DNA of 64,000 bases from Chitinivibrionales bacterium (GTDB lineage Bacteria; Fibrobacterota; Chitinivibrionia; Chitinivibrionales; WJKA01), in NCBI GenBank assembly GCA_038247415.1, contig JBBRUX010000011.1, positions 28,199-92,198 of the forward strand, in the 5' to 3' direction. Position 1 is the first letter of the stretch; every line of letters begins with the position of its first letter. This document shows, in pieces, positions 1-9,618 of the stretch. A program made the translations under genes and the position numbers. The notes below the pieces were generated by a model. The model did not search any database, had not been told where the DNA came from, and saw nothing but the letters and a program-made list of their open reading frames with translations.

Positions 1-1485
1 TCGTTTGCGTCTCATTTTCCCAATACGAAAACATTCAAACTCGAAGAAAACTATCGCTCAACGCAGCCCATTCTCTCTATGGCAAATGCTGTTATAAGCC
101 AAAACTCCAAACGCGTTGAGAAAAATCTTTTTAGTCAACGTCAATCAAAATCGGCGGTAATTCTTAGTAGATTCCGTGACGACCGCCAGGAATCGGAACA
201 TATCGCAACAACCATTGCCGAGCAAATCAAGGCAGGAATATCTCCCGGAGATATTTGCGTATTGTTTCGCACCAATGCTCAATCTCGTCTTTTCGAAGAT
301 ACGCTCCGTAAACAGAAAATCCCCTACATTCTCGTAGGAGGCATGAGTTTTTACGACCGAAAAGAAATTAAAGACTGCATAGCATACCTGCGCCTTTTAA
401 GCAATCCTGCCGATGACATTAGCTTCGAACGCATCATGAACGTGCCGGCGCGGGGCTTGGGAGACAAAGCTCTTGAAACGCTTTTAGTATGTGCCACTGA
501 AAAACGTCAATCGCTTCTAGCATGCGTACTCAGTGGAGAACCAGAAAAAACTGGTGGCCGTTCGGCAAAGGGATTTGCGCAGCTCAAAGAACTCTTTACA
601 TCTCTTGTTGCATCATTTGAAAAAAATGTTTCTCCCAAGACACTGCTCGAGGAGCTTTTGACGTTATCTGGCTATACCGAAATGCTCGAAGGAGAAGATT
701 CCGAAGATGCCGAATCTCGCCTGGATAACCTTAACGAATTACTGAGAACCATCACCTTTTGGTGCAACGACAACCCCGACATTCCACTCGATACGTTTCT
801 CGAAGAAATATCCCTCGTTTCGGATATTGACACATGGGAGCAGAAGGATAGTGCGGTCAACCTAATGACCATGCACTGTGCCAAAGGACTCGAATTCAAA
901 ACTGTTTTTCTTGTTGGCATAGAAGACGGTATTCTTCCCTCGAAACTTAATTTCGAAGACGAAGACAAAATGGAAGAAGAACGACGGCTCTTGTATGTTG
1001 GAATCACGAGATCTATTGACACATTACGTATTTCTTATTGCGAGCAACGGTGGCGCTTTGGGACGGTAGTCCCCATGGATATGTCCCGATTTCTCATGAG
1101 TATCGATGCTGGCCTCTATCATCAGAACGATCATACCTCGCGTGCACAATTCTCCTTTTCGTTCATCGACGATGAAAAGAAACAGCCTGCAGCAAAAGGG
1201 GCGTATACACAAAATTACCAACGGGATACAACGTATCGATCCAGTAACCAAACCACAGCGAGATCAACTACGCCACCACCCCGGCCATCAAAAGACGATT
1301 TCGATGAATTTAACCAAGACATCGTCAGCTATCGCATGGGTCAATACGTTTCGCACAAGCTCTATGGCAAAGGCAAAATAGTAGCTATTTCTGGTATCGG
1401 CAAAGAAATGCGTCTTACCGTTTTATTTAACAACGGAGAGAGAAAAAAGCTTATCGCTGCATTCGCAAATTTGACGTGTCTTTGA
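1..1485 (+). CDS. pcrA: ATP-dependent DNA helicase PcrA/UvrD (5' truncated by window edge)
   Basis: Frame is open from base 1 (SFASHFPNTKTFKLEENYRST). It has SF1A motifs LFRTNAQSR, LMTMHCAKGLEF and EEERRLLYVGITR, and a C-terminal Tudor-like domain (GQYVSHKLYGKGKI). Confidence 0.95.
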   Translation, partial: SFASHFPNTKTFKLEENYRSTQPILSMANAVISQNSKRVEKNLFSQRQSKSAVILSRFRDDRQESEHIATTIAEQIKAGISPGDICVLFRTNAQSRLFEDTLRKQKIPYILVGGMSFYDRKEIKDCIAYLRLLSNPADDISFERIMNVPARGLGDKALETLLVCATEKRQSLLACVLSGEPEKTGGRSAKGFAQLKELFTSLVASFEKNVSPKTLLEELLTLSGYTEMLEGEDSEDAESRLDNLNELLRTITFWCNDNPDIPLDTFLEEISLVSDIDTWEQKDSAVNLMTMHCAKGLEFKTVFLVGIEDGILPSKLNFEDEDKMEEERRLLYVGITRSIDTLRISYCEQRWRFGTVVPMDMSRFLMSIDAGLYHQNDHTSRAQFSFSFIDDEKKQPAAKGAYTQNYQRDTTYRSSNQTTARSTTPPPRPSKDDFDEFNQDIVSYRMGQYVSHKLYGKGKIVAISGIGKEMRLTVLFNNGERKKLIAAFANLTCL

Positions 1486-1619
1486 GTATGTTGCTTACCA
1501 TTTCTAACCGGCAAGACTGTACGAGAGGGCATTAATCCGATTCCAAGCTACTCACCAGATCCTAGCCATTTCTCAACTGTACACATTCACTTTTTTATAG
1601 ATAAGCTCTACTACTATTC

Positions 1620-3488
1620 ATGTCCCAACTCAGTCTTCATAACTTAACGATAGCCTTTGGTGGACAGCCGCTCCTTGATGGCATTTCTCTTGACATCCAG
1701 AAATCACAAAGAATTTGCATTCTTGGACGCAATGGGGTTGGCAAATCAACCCTCATGAAAATCATCGCAGGGCACCAGAACGCCGATAGTGGTGACATAA
1801 TCAAAGGCAGTGCACTCTCTATTGCCTACCTACCGCAAGATGTACCCTCGGACATTTGTGGCTCGCTCTTTGAGGTTGTTGCCTCGGGAGCAGGTGAATC
1901 AGGGATAAATCTTGCGAAATGGCATAAGCTTTCTTTAGAGCCGCACGACGACAAAGATCTCGCAGCATTACAACATCAGCTCGACGAAAACAATGGCTGG
2001 CAGATAGAAACCATGGTCACCCGCGTACTGGATCAAGTTCAGCTTGATGCCAATGCCGATTTCGCATCTCTTTCGGGTGGAATGCGCAGACGAGCTCTGC
2101 TTGCACGAGCCCTAGTATGCAATCCCGAAATACTCCTTCTCGATGAACCAACGAACCATCTCGATATCGAATCTATTCGATGGCTCGAATCGTTTCTTCT
2201 CAATTCTCGGCTTACCGTTATTTTTGTTACCCATGATCGACGATTTCTTAAAAAACTTGCAACGCGTATTATCGAACTCGACCGGGGACACTTATACGAT
2301 TGGTCGTGCAACTACGAAACATTTCTTGTTCGTAAACAAGCTGTTCTCGATGCCGAAGAAAAAGATTGGAATCGCTTCGATAAAAAAATGGCTCAAGAAG
2401 AAGTCTGGATTCGCAAAGGTGTGCAAGCCCGACGCACCCGTAATGAAGGGCGCGTGCGAGCGCTTCTTCGCATGCGTAGCGAACGCGCAAAGCGCCGGGA
2501 AAAAAGTGGCGGTGTTGCCATGGCCATAAGCGCGGCAGAGCGTTCGGGTGATCGAGTTCTGGTTGCGAAGGATGTTACCTTTTCCTATGATGTGATCCCT
2601 ATTATTTCTCAATTGACTACAACCATTATTCGAGGCGATCGCATTGGCATTATTGGTCCAAATGGATGCGGAAAAACAACGCTGCTCAATCTTTTACTCG
2701 ATAAGCTTGCTCCAACATCGGGAACCATAGTACCTGGTGTCAACCTTAAAGTTGTTTACTTTGATCAACTGAGGTCCATGCTCGATCTGCAAAAAACCGT
2801 GTGGGAAAATGTTGCACCCGATGGCGCAGACACTGTTTTTATTAATGGGCAGCCTCGCCACATAATATCATACCTGCAAGATTTTCTCTTTACTTCCGAT
2901 CGTGCACGTTCGCCTGTTTCCCAACTCTCAGGCGGCGAACGCAATCGTATCATGTTGGCCAGATTATTTACTCAGCCCGCAAATGTTCTTGTCTTTGATG
3001 AACCCACCAATGACCTTGACGCAGAAACCCTTGAACTTCTCGAAGAACTGCTCATGGACTACCCAGGAACAATTTTGGTGGTAAGCCACGATAGAGAATT
3101 TCTAAATAATGTGGTAACTGCCACACTGGCATTCGAACCCAATGGTGTTGTAAAGGAATATATCGGCGGATTTGATGATTGGGAACGGCAATCGCTGCAA
3201 CAGCAAAAACCTACTTCCGAGAATTCAAAAAAGAAAGAGCAGATGCCTTCTCAAGCATCCCCACTAAAAAAGCTTTCTTTTAAAGAAAAGCAAGAGCTTG
3301 AAAAACTTCCTCATCAGATCGAGGATAAAGAGCGTATTCATGGAGAACTCGTTGTGGAACTTTCCATTCCTACCAACTTTCAAAAAGATGGCTTTGCAAA
3401 AGATAATGGCAAAAAAATTGTTTCGTTAGAAGCCGAATTAAAAAAAGATTATGCACGCTGGGAAGAACTCGAGAGCAAGAGTAAATAA
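1620..3488 (+). CDS. uup: ABC-F family ATPase, Uup-like
   Basis: Two ABC cassettes (GRNGVGKST / LSGG / LLLDEPTNHLD and GPNGCGKTT / LSGGE / DEPTNDLD), no TM segments, linker WIRKGVQARRTRNEGRVRAL, and a C-terminal KLSFKEKQELE...RWEELE coiled coil. Confidence 0.93.
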   Translation: MSQLSLHNLTIAFGGQPLLDGISLDIQKSQRICILGRNGVGKSTLMKIIAGHQNADSGDIIKGSALSIAYLPQDVPSDICGSLFEVVASGAGESGINLAKWHKLSLEPHDDKDLAALQHQLDENNGWQIETMVTRVLDQVQLDANADFASLSGGMRRRALLARALVCNPEILLLDEPTNHLDIESIRWLESFLLNSRLTVIFVTHDRRFLKKLATRIIELDRGHLYDWSCNYETFLVRKQAVLDAEEKDWNRFDKKMAQEEVWIRKGVQARRTRNEGRVRALLRMRSERAKRREKSGGVAMAISAAERSGDRVLVAKDVTFSYDVIPIISQLTTTIIRGDRIGIIGPNGCGKTTLLNLLLDKLAPTSGTIVPGVNLKVVYFDQLRSMLDLQKTVWENVAPDGADTVFINGQPRHIISYLQDFLFTSDRARSPVSQLSGGERNRIMLARLFTQPANVLVFDEPTNDLDAETLELLEELLMDYPGTILVVSHDREFLNNVVTATLAFEPNGVVKEYIGGFDDWERQSLQQQKPTSENSKKKEQMPSQASPLKKLSFKEKQELEKLPHQIEDKERIHGELVVELSIPTNFQKDGFAKDNGKKIVSLEAELKKDYARWEELESKSK

Positions 3489-3586
3489 GTTTGTAAACCC
3501 TTTCAAATACGTTGCAAGCAAATGGTATTTTGGTTGTAGTGCCAAATACCCGCATATCGACAAATAAAAAGTAGAAATTCTAATCT

Positions 3587-4585
3587 ATGGTTCACCAAGC
3601 CCTTAGCATACAATCAACTCGCGCTGCAACAACCCTCGAATGGGCAACTGCTGCCAAGGGCTGCGAGTATGCTACTTTTTTTCATACTCCAGAATGGGCT
3701 TTGGTTGTTGAATCCGCAGGCTGGAGAAACAGTACATCAGCGCCCCTCTACGTAGAATTTTCCGATACAACCTGGGCGGTTATCCCCCGCTGCATCCAAT
3801 ACCGTTTCGGCATTTTCCCTCTTGTCTACTCATCAGCAACAGCCAACTACGGTGGATGGATAAGCCCCTGTGCGCTCACCCTTGATCATGCAAAACTGCT
3901 CAGAGATACGCTCTGTTCCTCTCGTCATCTCATTTGGCGCTTAAATCCCTACGACTCACTTGCTATTGTGTGCGCACCGCCCCGTACCATGCCTGATTTC
4001 ACCTATACTTTTAATTTACAAAAAGGCGCAACCGATCTTTTTAAAAACGCTTCACACGGACACCGTCAAGCTGTCAAGAAAGCAATTCGACGTGGAGTTT
4101 CGATACGCGTCGGCGGGTTGCAGGCAGATTGGGATGCTCATTTTTTGGGATATCAGAGTCTTATTTCAAAGTGGAAAAAATCGGGACTCAACACACGGGT
4201 TCAATACAATCGGCAATTTTTTTCTGCCATAGCCAAACTGGATTCTTCGGTCGTTCGACTGTGGGTTGCAGAAGCAGAAGGAGAAATTATTGCAAGCTGG
4301 ATTTGCTTCTACTGGAACAAGCACATTGCACATTGGCACAGTGGCGGCTTCGAAAAGCACTTCAATAAATACCCAAATAACCTTCTCTTCGATACTATAA
4401 CACGTGATGCTTGCGAGCGAGGATTTACCTGGTTTGATATGAACCCAAGCGGTGGATTTAATGGAACAGCTCAATTCAAGCTTAACTTTGGCGCACTCGC
4501 AATGCCTGCACCTATCGTTGCTCAAAGGTCATACGCTCGGAAATGTGCTCATTTTGTAGTACATTTGATGCGCAAAAAAACCTAA
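3587..4585 (+). CDS. GNAT-family acyltransferase (FemAB/CelD-BcsL-like)
   Basis: Motifs ATFFHTPEW, RQAVKKAIRRGV, PNNLLF and FKLNFGA, typical of Acetyltransf_6/FemAB-like proteins. Confidence 0.75.
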   Translation: MVHQALSIQSTRAATTLEWATAAKGCEYATFFHTPEWALVVESAGWRNSTSAPLYVEFSDTTWAVIPRCIQYRFGIFPLVYSSATANYGGWISPCALTLDHAKLLRDTLCSSRHLIWRLNPYDSLAIVCAPPRTMPDFTYTFNLQKGATDLFKNASHGHRQAVKKAIRRGVSIRVGGLQADWDAHFLGYQSLISKWKKSGLNTRVQYNRQFFSAIAKLDSSVVRLWVAEAEGEIIASWICFYWNKHIAHWHSGGFEKHFNKYPNNLLFDTITRDACERGFTWFDMNPSGGFNGTAQFKLNFGALAMPAPIVAQRSYARKCAHFVVHLMRKKT

Positions 4586-4594
4586 CACCACTTT

Positions 4595-5314
4595 TCAGTG
4601 GTTCGTTTTTTTTGTGCCAACTGCACAATACGCCCACGTCCAGACAGAAGATTTTTTCTCTCCTTTACTGAGGAAAAAGGTACCGAACTCAATTCCTATA
4701 ATGATAGCGGGAATAATTGGAACCTTTTTTAAAATACCCTTATTAAAACCACTTATGTAATTAATGCACAGCGATCCCAGAGTTATCCAAAATCCTGATA
4801 AGGGTACAATTTCTTGAACATCAAACCCATTCGACTCGAATAAATAGTTTAGTCCGTGCTCGGTATATCGATAAAAATCGCGCGGTAAATCATGCAATTG
4901 CCAAAATAATGGCGCGGTTAAAATAAGAAGCCCATCCGGCGCCATAATACGATGCGCCTCCTGTAACGCACGAGCGGGGTCTTCTAAATGTTCTAGCACT
5001 GCCCCCATAAAAACAGTATTCACCGAATCACTTTTAAGAGCTGTATGATAAGCACTTCCGTAAACATCTGCAGCATCATCCGTATGAAAGGGACTGGGAT
5101 ATTCTAAACCAATATGCTTGTCAAAATAGCATGCTATCAAATCTCGATACGGTTTTCCCCCGCACCCGATGTCAACCAGTCTCGCCCTTTTACTTCTAAT
5201 GTAAGTGCTAAATACCACTTTAAATTTTTGAAGCGTAATATAATGCACAACCCACGTTGAATAATGCCACTTTCTCATGACGTACCAAAAACCAAATTTC
5301 ATACGAGCTCCCAC
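4595..5314 (-). CDS. Class I SAM-dependent methyltransferase (glycan-locus type)
   Basis: Motif I VDIGCGGKPY, plus VLEHLEDP and LHDLPRDFYRYT. Confidence 0.85.
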   Translation of the reverse strand: MGARMKFGFWYVMRKWHYSTWVVHYITLQKFKVVFSTYIRSKRARLVDIGCGGKPYRDLIACYFDKHIGLEYPSPFHTDDAADVYGSAYHTALKSDSVNTVFMGAVLEHLEDPARALQEAHRIMAPDGLLILTAPLFWQLHDLPRDFYRYTEHGLNYLFESNGFDVQEIVPLSGFWITLGSLCINYISGFNKGILKKVPIIPAIIIGIEFGTFFLSKGEKKSSVWTWAYCAVGTKKTNH

Positions 5315-5500
5315 TTTACTTTCGTTTTAAAATTTGATGCTAGCTTCGTGCCCCACGGGCCCTGAGGCACTCGAAGAGTCCGTGTTCAATTGTTTTATCA
5401 TTTTCTTCAAAACAATTGTCTGATCTCTGACGGTACTCTCATAAAAGTAAATTACTAAATGCATCCTCATATGAAAAGGCTTTTTCTTCCCAGTCTTAAA

Positions 5501-5538
5501 AATCCCCCCAAAGTTTGGGGGGACACAGGGGGGTTGGG
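5501..5538. repeat. Short G/C-tract palindromic element (REP-like)
   Basis: Perfect inverted repeat TCCCCCCAAA-G-TTTGGGGGGA (5503-5523), followed by CACAGGGGGGTTGGG. Confidence 0.55.
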
Positions 5539-5705
5539 CTTTCAAGGAAGGCATTTTCCAAATTGGATATAAAGGGCCACCTGGCTCTTTCCAACTCTTC
5601 ATCGTGTGCATGATTTATCCTTGTATCTTCCTACTTGACATCCATTAATTCGGAACAGCAAATTATCTTATTGCTTTAGTCTGAGAAGGCTCATGCAACT
5701 CAATT

Positions 5706-6539
5706 TCATCCCTTTCCTAATCGCTTCCCAGTAAGCTGCAGTGGCAAATTATTCTCACTCGTCACTCTGCTTCGTCCTAACTCTTTTTCTGTTTCTTTGC
5801 GGGCAACGCCAGCTACACGGCCACCGCGCTTAGCAACAACTCTATTTTTTACGAATGATTCGGGCTTTTCAATTTGCGAAATTTCGGTTGTTACTCGTTC
5901 ACCAAGCATAGTGAATATCAATTCGAGATCGGTCATATGATCACGCACGTTCTGAGTTTTCTTCGTTAAGCCTTTGACGTTTTTATATTCCGAAGGTGTT
6001 AATCCGAACGTTGCCTTTGAGATTTCTGCAGTGAGTATGGCGTAATCAATTTCACTCCGAATGCCACGTTCTTTCCATTCACCAGTCAAATTCTGGCGGA
6101 TGGCGACGCCACGCAGGCGTTTATCGATCCAGTCTTTGGGGTACCCCTTGAGCTCATACAACTCTTTCATTCGCTCCTGAGCGATTTCCGGATTTTCAAT
6201 TTCCTGGACACGCTCAAAACCAACCTGAGCAAGCCATCGTTTGAATGGTTCGGCTTGTGGCGAGGGAATTGATTGAATGATACGAAACATGGCTTTGGTG
6301 TCAGCGCAATCCGTGGCGTATTTTTTTCCATCCACTGCCTCTAATTTCAGTTGTACCCAAATTGGGGACGACTGAAGATCAATAAATTCGCGCTGTTTGA
6401 TTTTACCCCAATATTGACGAGGTGTAGGCGAATTGGTTAAGGCTTCAACGATGTCCACTACCGAAAAAAACCAATTTTCATCGTGCCATATATGCCTTAT
6501 TTTCTTACTTTCAAATACAACAATTTTATTTTCTTCCAT
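5706..6539 (-). CDS. Bro-N domain protein (phage antirepressor-like)
   Basis: Motifs WFFSVVDIVEALT, QLKLEAVDGKKYATD, RIIQSIPSPQAEPFKRWLA and RDHMTDLELIF. Confidence 0.85.
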   Translation of the reverse strand: MEENKIVVFESKKIRHIWHDENWFFSVVDIVEALTNSPTPRQYWGKIKQREFIDLQSSPIWVQLKLEAVDGKKYATDCADTKAMFRIIQSIPSPQAEPFKRWLAQVGFERVQEIENPEIAQERMKELYELKGYPKDWIDKRLRGVAIRQNLTGEWKERGIRSEIDYAILTAEISKATFGLTPSEYKNVKGLTKKTQNVRDHMTDLELIFTMLGERVTTEISQIEKPESFVKNRVVAKRGGRVAGVARKETEKELGRSRVTSENNLPLQLTGKRLGKG

Positions 6540-6583
6540 GTTTTACCTAGTTTAATTTAAAAATTTTAAAGAGGCCAAAACTA

Positions 6584-6964
6584 TTATGTTGGACAAAAAG
6601 CAACACACTCGATTTCGATGCGGGCATCAAGCGGAAGCTTTGCAACTTGCACCGTGGAACGTGCGGGAAGATGCGCACCAAACGCCTCTGCATACAGCTC
6701 ATTGACTTTTGCAAAATCTGCAAGATCTGCCAGAAAAATGGTGGTTTTTACCACAGACGACAGGGTGCACCCGGAGGCTAGCAAAACTGCCTCAAGGTTT
6801 TTAAGCACTTGCTGTGCTTGAGGGATAGTTTCGGGACCCACAAGTTTTCCTGTTGCAGGATCGATACCTAGTTGACCCGACGAATACACGTATGATCCGG
6901 CCTTAACAGCCTGAGAATATGGGCCAATTGCTTTGGGGGCATTTTCTGTGGCAATAAATTCCAT
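6584..6964 (-). CDS. ridA: RidA/YjgF family enamine/imine deaminase
   Basis: Motifs APKAIGPYSQAV, SGQLG, VKTTIFL and PARSTVQV..LP...IEIE. Confidence 0.93.
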   Translation of the reverse strand: MEFIATENAPKAIGPYSQAVKAGSYVYSSGQLGIDPATGKLVGPETIPQAQQVLKNLEAVLLASGCTLSSVVKTTIFLADLADFAKVNELYAEAFGAHLPARSTVQVAKLPLDARIEIECVAFCPT

Positions 6965-6985
6965 GAGTATTCCTTTGAATAAAAA

Positions 6986-7828
6986 TTAATGAGGAGAAAC
7001 CGAAAGAATAAACGAATCAATTAATTTACGAGATATAGTTCCTTGACGAGGAATTAAGGGGAAGTTCTCGGGTGAAAACCAATCGGCTTTGGTTATTTCA
7101 ATACCATCGGGATTAATTTCGCCAGATTGGTAATCTGCTGTAAACCCAACCATAATAGAATCGGGAAATGGCCAACTTTGACTCAGCGCATACTTTACAT
7201 TAGTTATATCTATGCCAACTTCCTCAAACACCTCCCGATGTACGCACTCTTCCAGCGATTCCCCCACTTCAACATATCCAGCAATAAGCGAATACATTCC
7301 ATTTTTAAATTTTTCGTTATGCGCCAAAAGAAGTTTATCGCCATCGCGAATTGCGACAATGATTGCTGGAGACAATCGGGGGAAACGAGGAATTTGACAT
7401 AAGGGACATATTTTAGCCCGTTCGTCATTATAGGGTAACATAGGCGCAGCGCACTGCCCACAATAAGAATGATCGCGATCCCATGAGAGAATTTGGCTTG
7501 CCCGACCGGCAATATTAAAATGAGCATCGGGAAGATATCCCAATAATTCACGCAGACCTACAAACTGCAAGGAAGATGAGACCGGTGCAGAATTCTCAAT
7601 TTCTACCGCATAGCAGGAAACACCCTTATACTCACCTATATAATGATGCTTACCCAGAGCCTCGTCATATTCTCCTAGATGCATCCGCAGAGGTATTGTG
7701 TATAACTCGGAGCCCACACCATGCGAGGCCATAGCCCCTTTACAAAAAACAAAGAACAGATCGTCGGGGGAATGTGGCTTAATGGGCTTGAGTCCGGCAC
7801 GAAAGCTTAAATCAGTGTTTATATCCAT
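6986..7828 (-). CDS. nudC: NAD(+) diphosphatase NudC
   Basis: Zn ribbon CGQC...CPLC, Nudix box GYVEVGESLEECVHREVFEEVG and SQSWPFPDS motif. Confidence 0.93.
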   Translation of the reverse strand: MDINTDLSFRAGLKPIKPHSPDDLFFVFCKGAMASHGVGSELYTIPLRMHLGEYDEALGKHHYIGEYKGVSCYAVEIENSAPVSSSLQFVGLRELLGYLPDAHFNIAGRASQILSWDRDHSYCGQCAAPMLPYNDERAKICPLCQIPRFPRLSPAIIVAIRDGDKLLLAHNEKFKNGMYSLIAGYVEVGESLEECVHREVFEEVGIDITNVKYALSQSWPFPDSIMVGFTADYQSGEINPDGIEITKADWFSPENFPLIPRQGTISRKLIDSFILSVSPH

Positions 7829-7960
7829 TTTAAGTGCTTTTCTAATTCACATGAGCATACATGGTCAAAATACTTTTTTGCTCCAGTGGTTGCTTTCATT
7901 AAAGTATTTTTTAAATGATTCTACTATTACTACGGCCATAAACCATAGATACCGCTCCAC

Positions 7961-8758
7961 GTGACAACTCAACCCGCACTCCATCGTCTTTCGCTTTTAT
8001 GCGGTGAAACTGGCATAACTGCATTTGAAAAAGCTCGTGTAATTGTTTTTGGATTGGGTGGGGTTGGCAGTTGGTGCGCAGAAGCCCTGGTGCGTTCGGG
8101 TATCGGACACATTACCCTTGTTGATTCTGATGTGGTGTGCGTAACCAATATTAACCGCCAATTGCAGGCAGAACCATCTACTGTTGGTCAATCAAAAACA
8201 GATGTGCTCGTAGCACGTTTAAAACGAATTAATCCACGAGCAGAAATTATCGGCATCAATGCAATTTTTTCCGAAGAAACAGCAGAACAATTTAAACTCG
8301 ATTCGTTTGATTATGTTATCGATGCGATTGATAGCCTTAAAAATAAGGTAGAACTTATTATACGGGCACATGCTGCCAACTCGATTGTTTTCACGGCTCT
8401 TGGTGCATCAAATCGTCTCGACTCATCGCGCATTAAAATTGCATCGCTCTGGAAATCGGACAAATGTCCTTTTGGTAAACTCGTACGAAAGAGATTGCGA
8501 CAACGCGGTTTTCGGGAAGAAGTCACCTGCATTTTTAGCGACGAAATTCGAGAACCATGCCTTTGCGACTCTGTCTGCGGAACCACAGCATGCATGTGCC
8601 CTCGAAGCACGAATACTACCGAAAAGGCGCATGAATGGTGCAGCTCGAAAAAGCAGATCAATGGCTCTGCAGTTCATGTAACCGGAATTTTTGGATTTAT
8701 GCTGGCTGGCCTTGTCATTTCTGATATTCACAGCCGTAGTGCACAAGCGTCGACTTAA
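7961..8758 (+). CDS. tcdA: tRNA threonylcarbamoyladenosine dehydratase (TcdA/CsdL, E1-like)
   Basis: Motifs GLGGVGSWCAEALVRSG, TNINRQ, YVIDAIDS and DKCPFGKLVRKRLR, with C-terminal NGSAVHVTGIFG. Confidence 0.85.
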   Translation: MTTQPALHRLSLLCGETGITAFEKARVIVFGLGGVGSWCAEALVRSGIGHITLVDSDVVCVTNINRQLQAEPSTVGQSKTDVLVARLKRINPRAEIIGINAIFSEETAEQFKLDSFDYVIDAIDSLKNKVELIIRAHAANSIVFTALGASNRLDSSRIKIASLWKSDKCPFGKLVRKRLRQRGFREEVTCIFSDEIREPCLCDSVCGTTACMCPRSTNTTEKAHEWCSSKKQINGSAVHVTGIFGFMLAGLVISDIHSRSAQAST

Positions 8759-8783
8759 TTCATACTATACAAAGCAGAATGCA

Positions 8784-9542
8784 ATGTACTTTACTGATGA
8801 TGAACAATTGCGCTATAGCCGACAGATAATTCTTCCGCAGATAGGGCTTGCAGGCCAAAAAAAACTCAAAGAATCATCGTTGCTCATTATTGGCGCCGGA
8901 GGCCTTGGCTCGCCGGTCGGACTGTATGGCGCAGCAGCTGGAATTGGCACTCTTGGAATTGCAGATTACGATTGTGTTGACATATCAAACCTCAATAGGC
9001 AGATACTTCATACTACCCACTCTGTTGGAACACCAAAATCCGATTCTGCTCGCGATACGCTCACAAAACTTAATCCCCATCTTGCTATCACAACATACTC
9101 CTCAAAAATTGACACATCAAATATCAATGCCATAGTCAGGAAATACGACTGCGTTATCGATGCAACCGATTCCTTTGAAGCTAAATTTCTCATTAATGAT
9201 ACCTGCATACAAGAGAGAATCCCGTTTGTTCATGCAGGGGTTATTGGGATGGCTGGACAAATCATGACCGTCCTACCAAAAGAAACGGCGTGTTATCGAT
9301 GCCTTTTTAAAGAACCTCCCCCATCTAACAGTGTAGGGTCATGCGCCAGCGAGGGGATCCTTGGTTCGATTGCAGGCGTCATCGGGGCACTGCAGGTTAC
9401 CGAGGCAATTAAAATTATATGCACTATTGGACAGCTTCTTACCAACAAATTGCTCACTTTTGATGGTGAAACGATGGAATTTCGTACCATTGCCGTGAGG
9501 GCAGATCCCACCTGCCGTGCTTGCTCATCACAAGTACCTTGA
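8784..9542 (+). CDS. MoeB/ThiF/HesA family adenylyltransferase (E1-like)
   Basis: RYSRQIIL, GAGGLGSP, SNLNRQILH, Zn ligands CYRC and CRAC, and SCASEGILG. Start moved to the ATG at 8784. Confidence 0.9.
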   Translation: MYFTDDEQLRYSRQIILPQIGLAGQKKLKESSLLIIGAGGLGSPVGLYGAAAGIGTLGIADYDCVDISNLNRQILHTTHSVGTPKSDSARDTLTKLNPHLAITTYSSKIDTSNINAIVRKYDCVIDATDSFEAKFLINDTCIQERIPFVHAGVIGMAGQIMTVLPKETACYRCLFKEPPPSNSVGSCASEGILGSIAGVIGALQVTEAIKIICTIGQLLTNKLLTFDGETMEFRTIAVRADPTCRACSSQVP

Positions 9543-9618
9543 CACTAGCCCGTCGCTACTCTATATTTTATACTGTATATATGTATCTTTTTAGCTCTGA
9601 ACCACGCAAGGAGTTACC

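Noticed and set aside
5327..5611. 94-aa ORF as a real protein
   Set aside because: It has no recognisable motifs, and part of its sequence is simply the translation of the G/C palindrome.
5706..6539. Prophage suggested by the Bro-N antirepressor
   Set aside because: There are no integrase, structural or replication genes, and the flanks are ordinary chromosomal genes.
7961..9542. E1-like genes as part of a ubiquitin-like antiphage system (CBASS Cap2, Bil)
   Set aside because: No E2, JAB, CD-NTase or Ubl gene is nearby, and both proteins match the housekeeping TcdA and MoeB/ThiF patterns.
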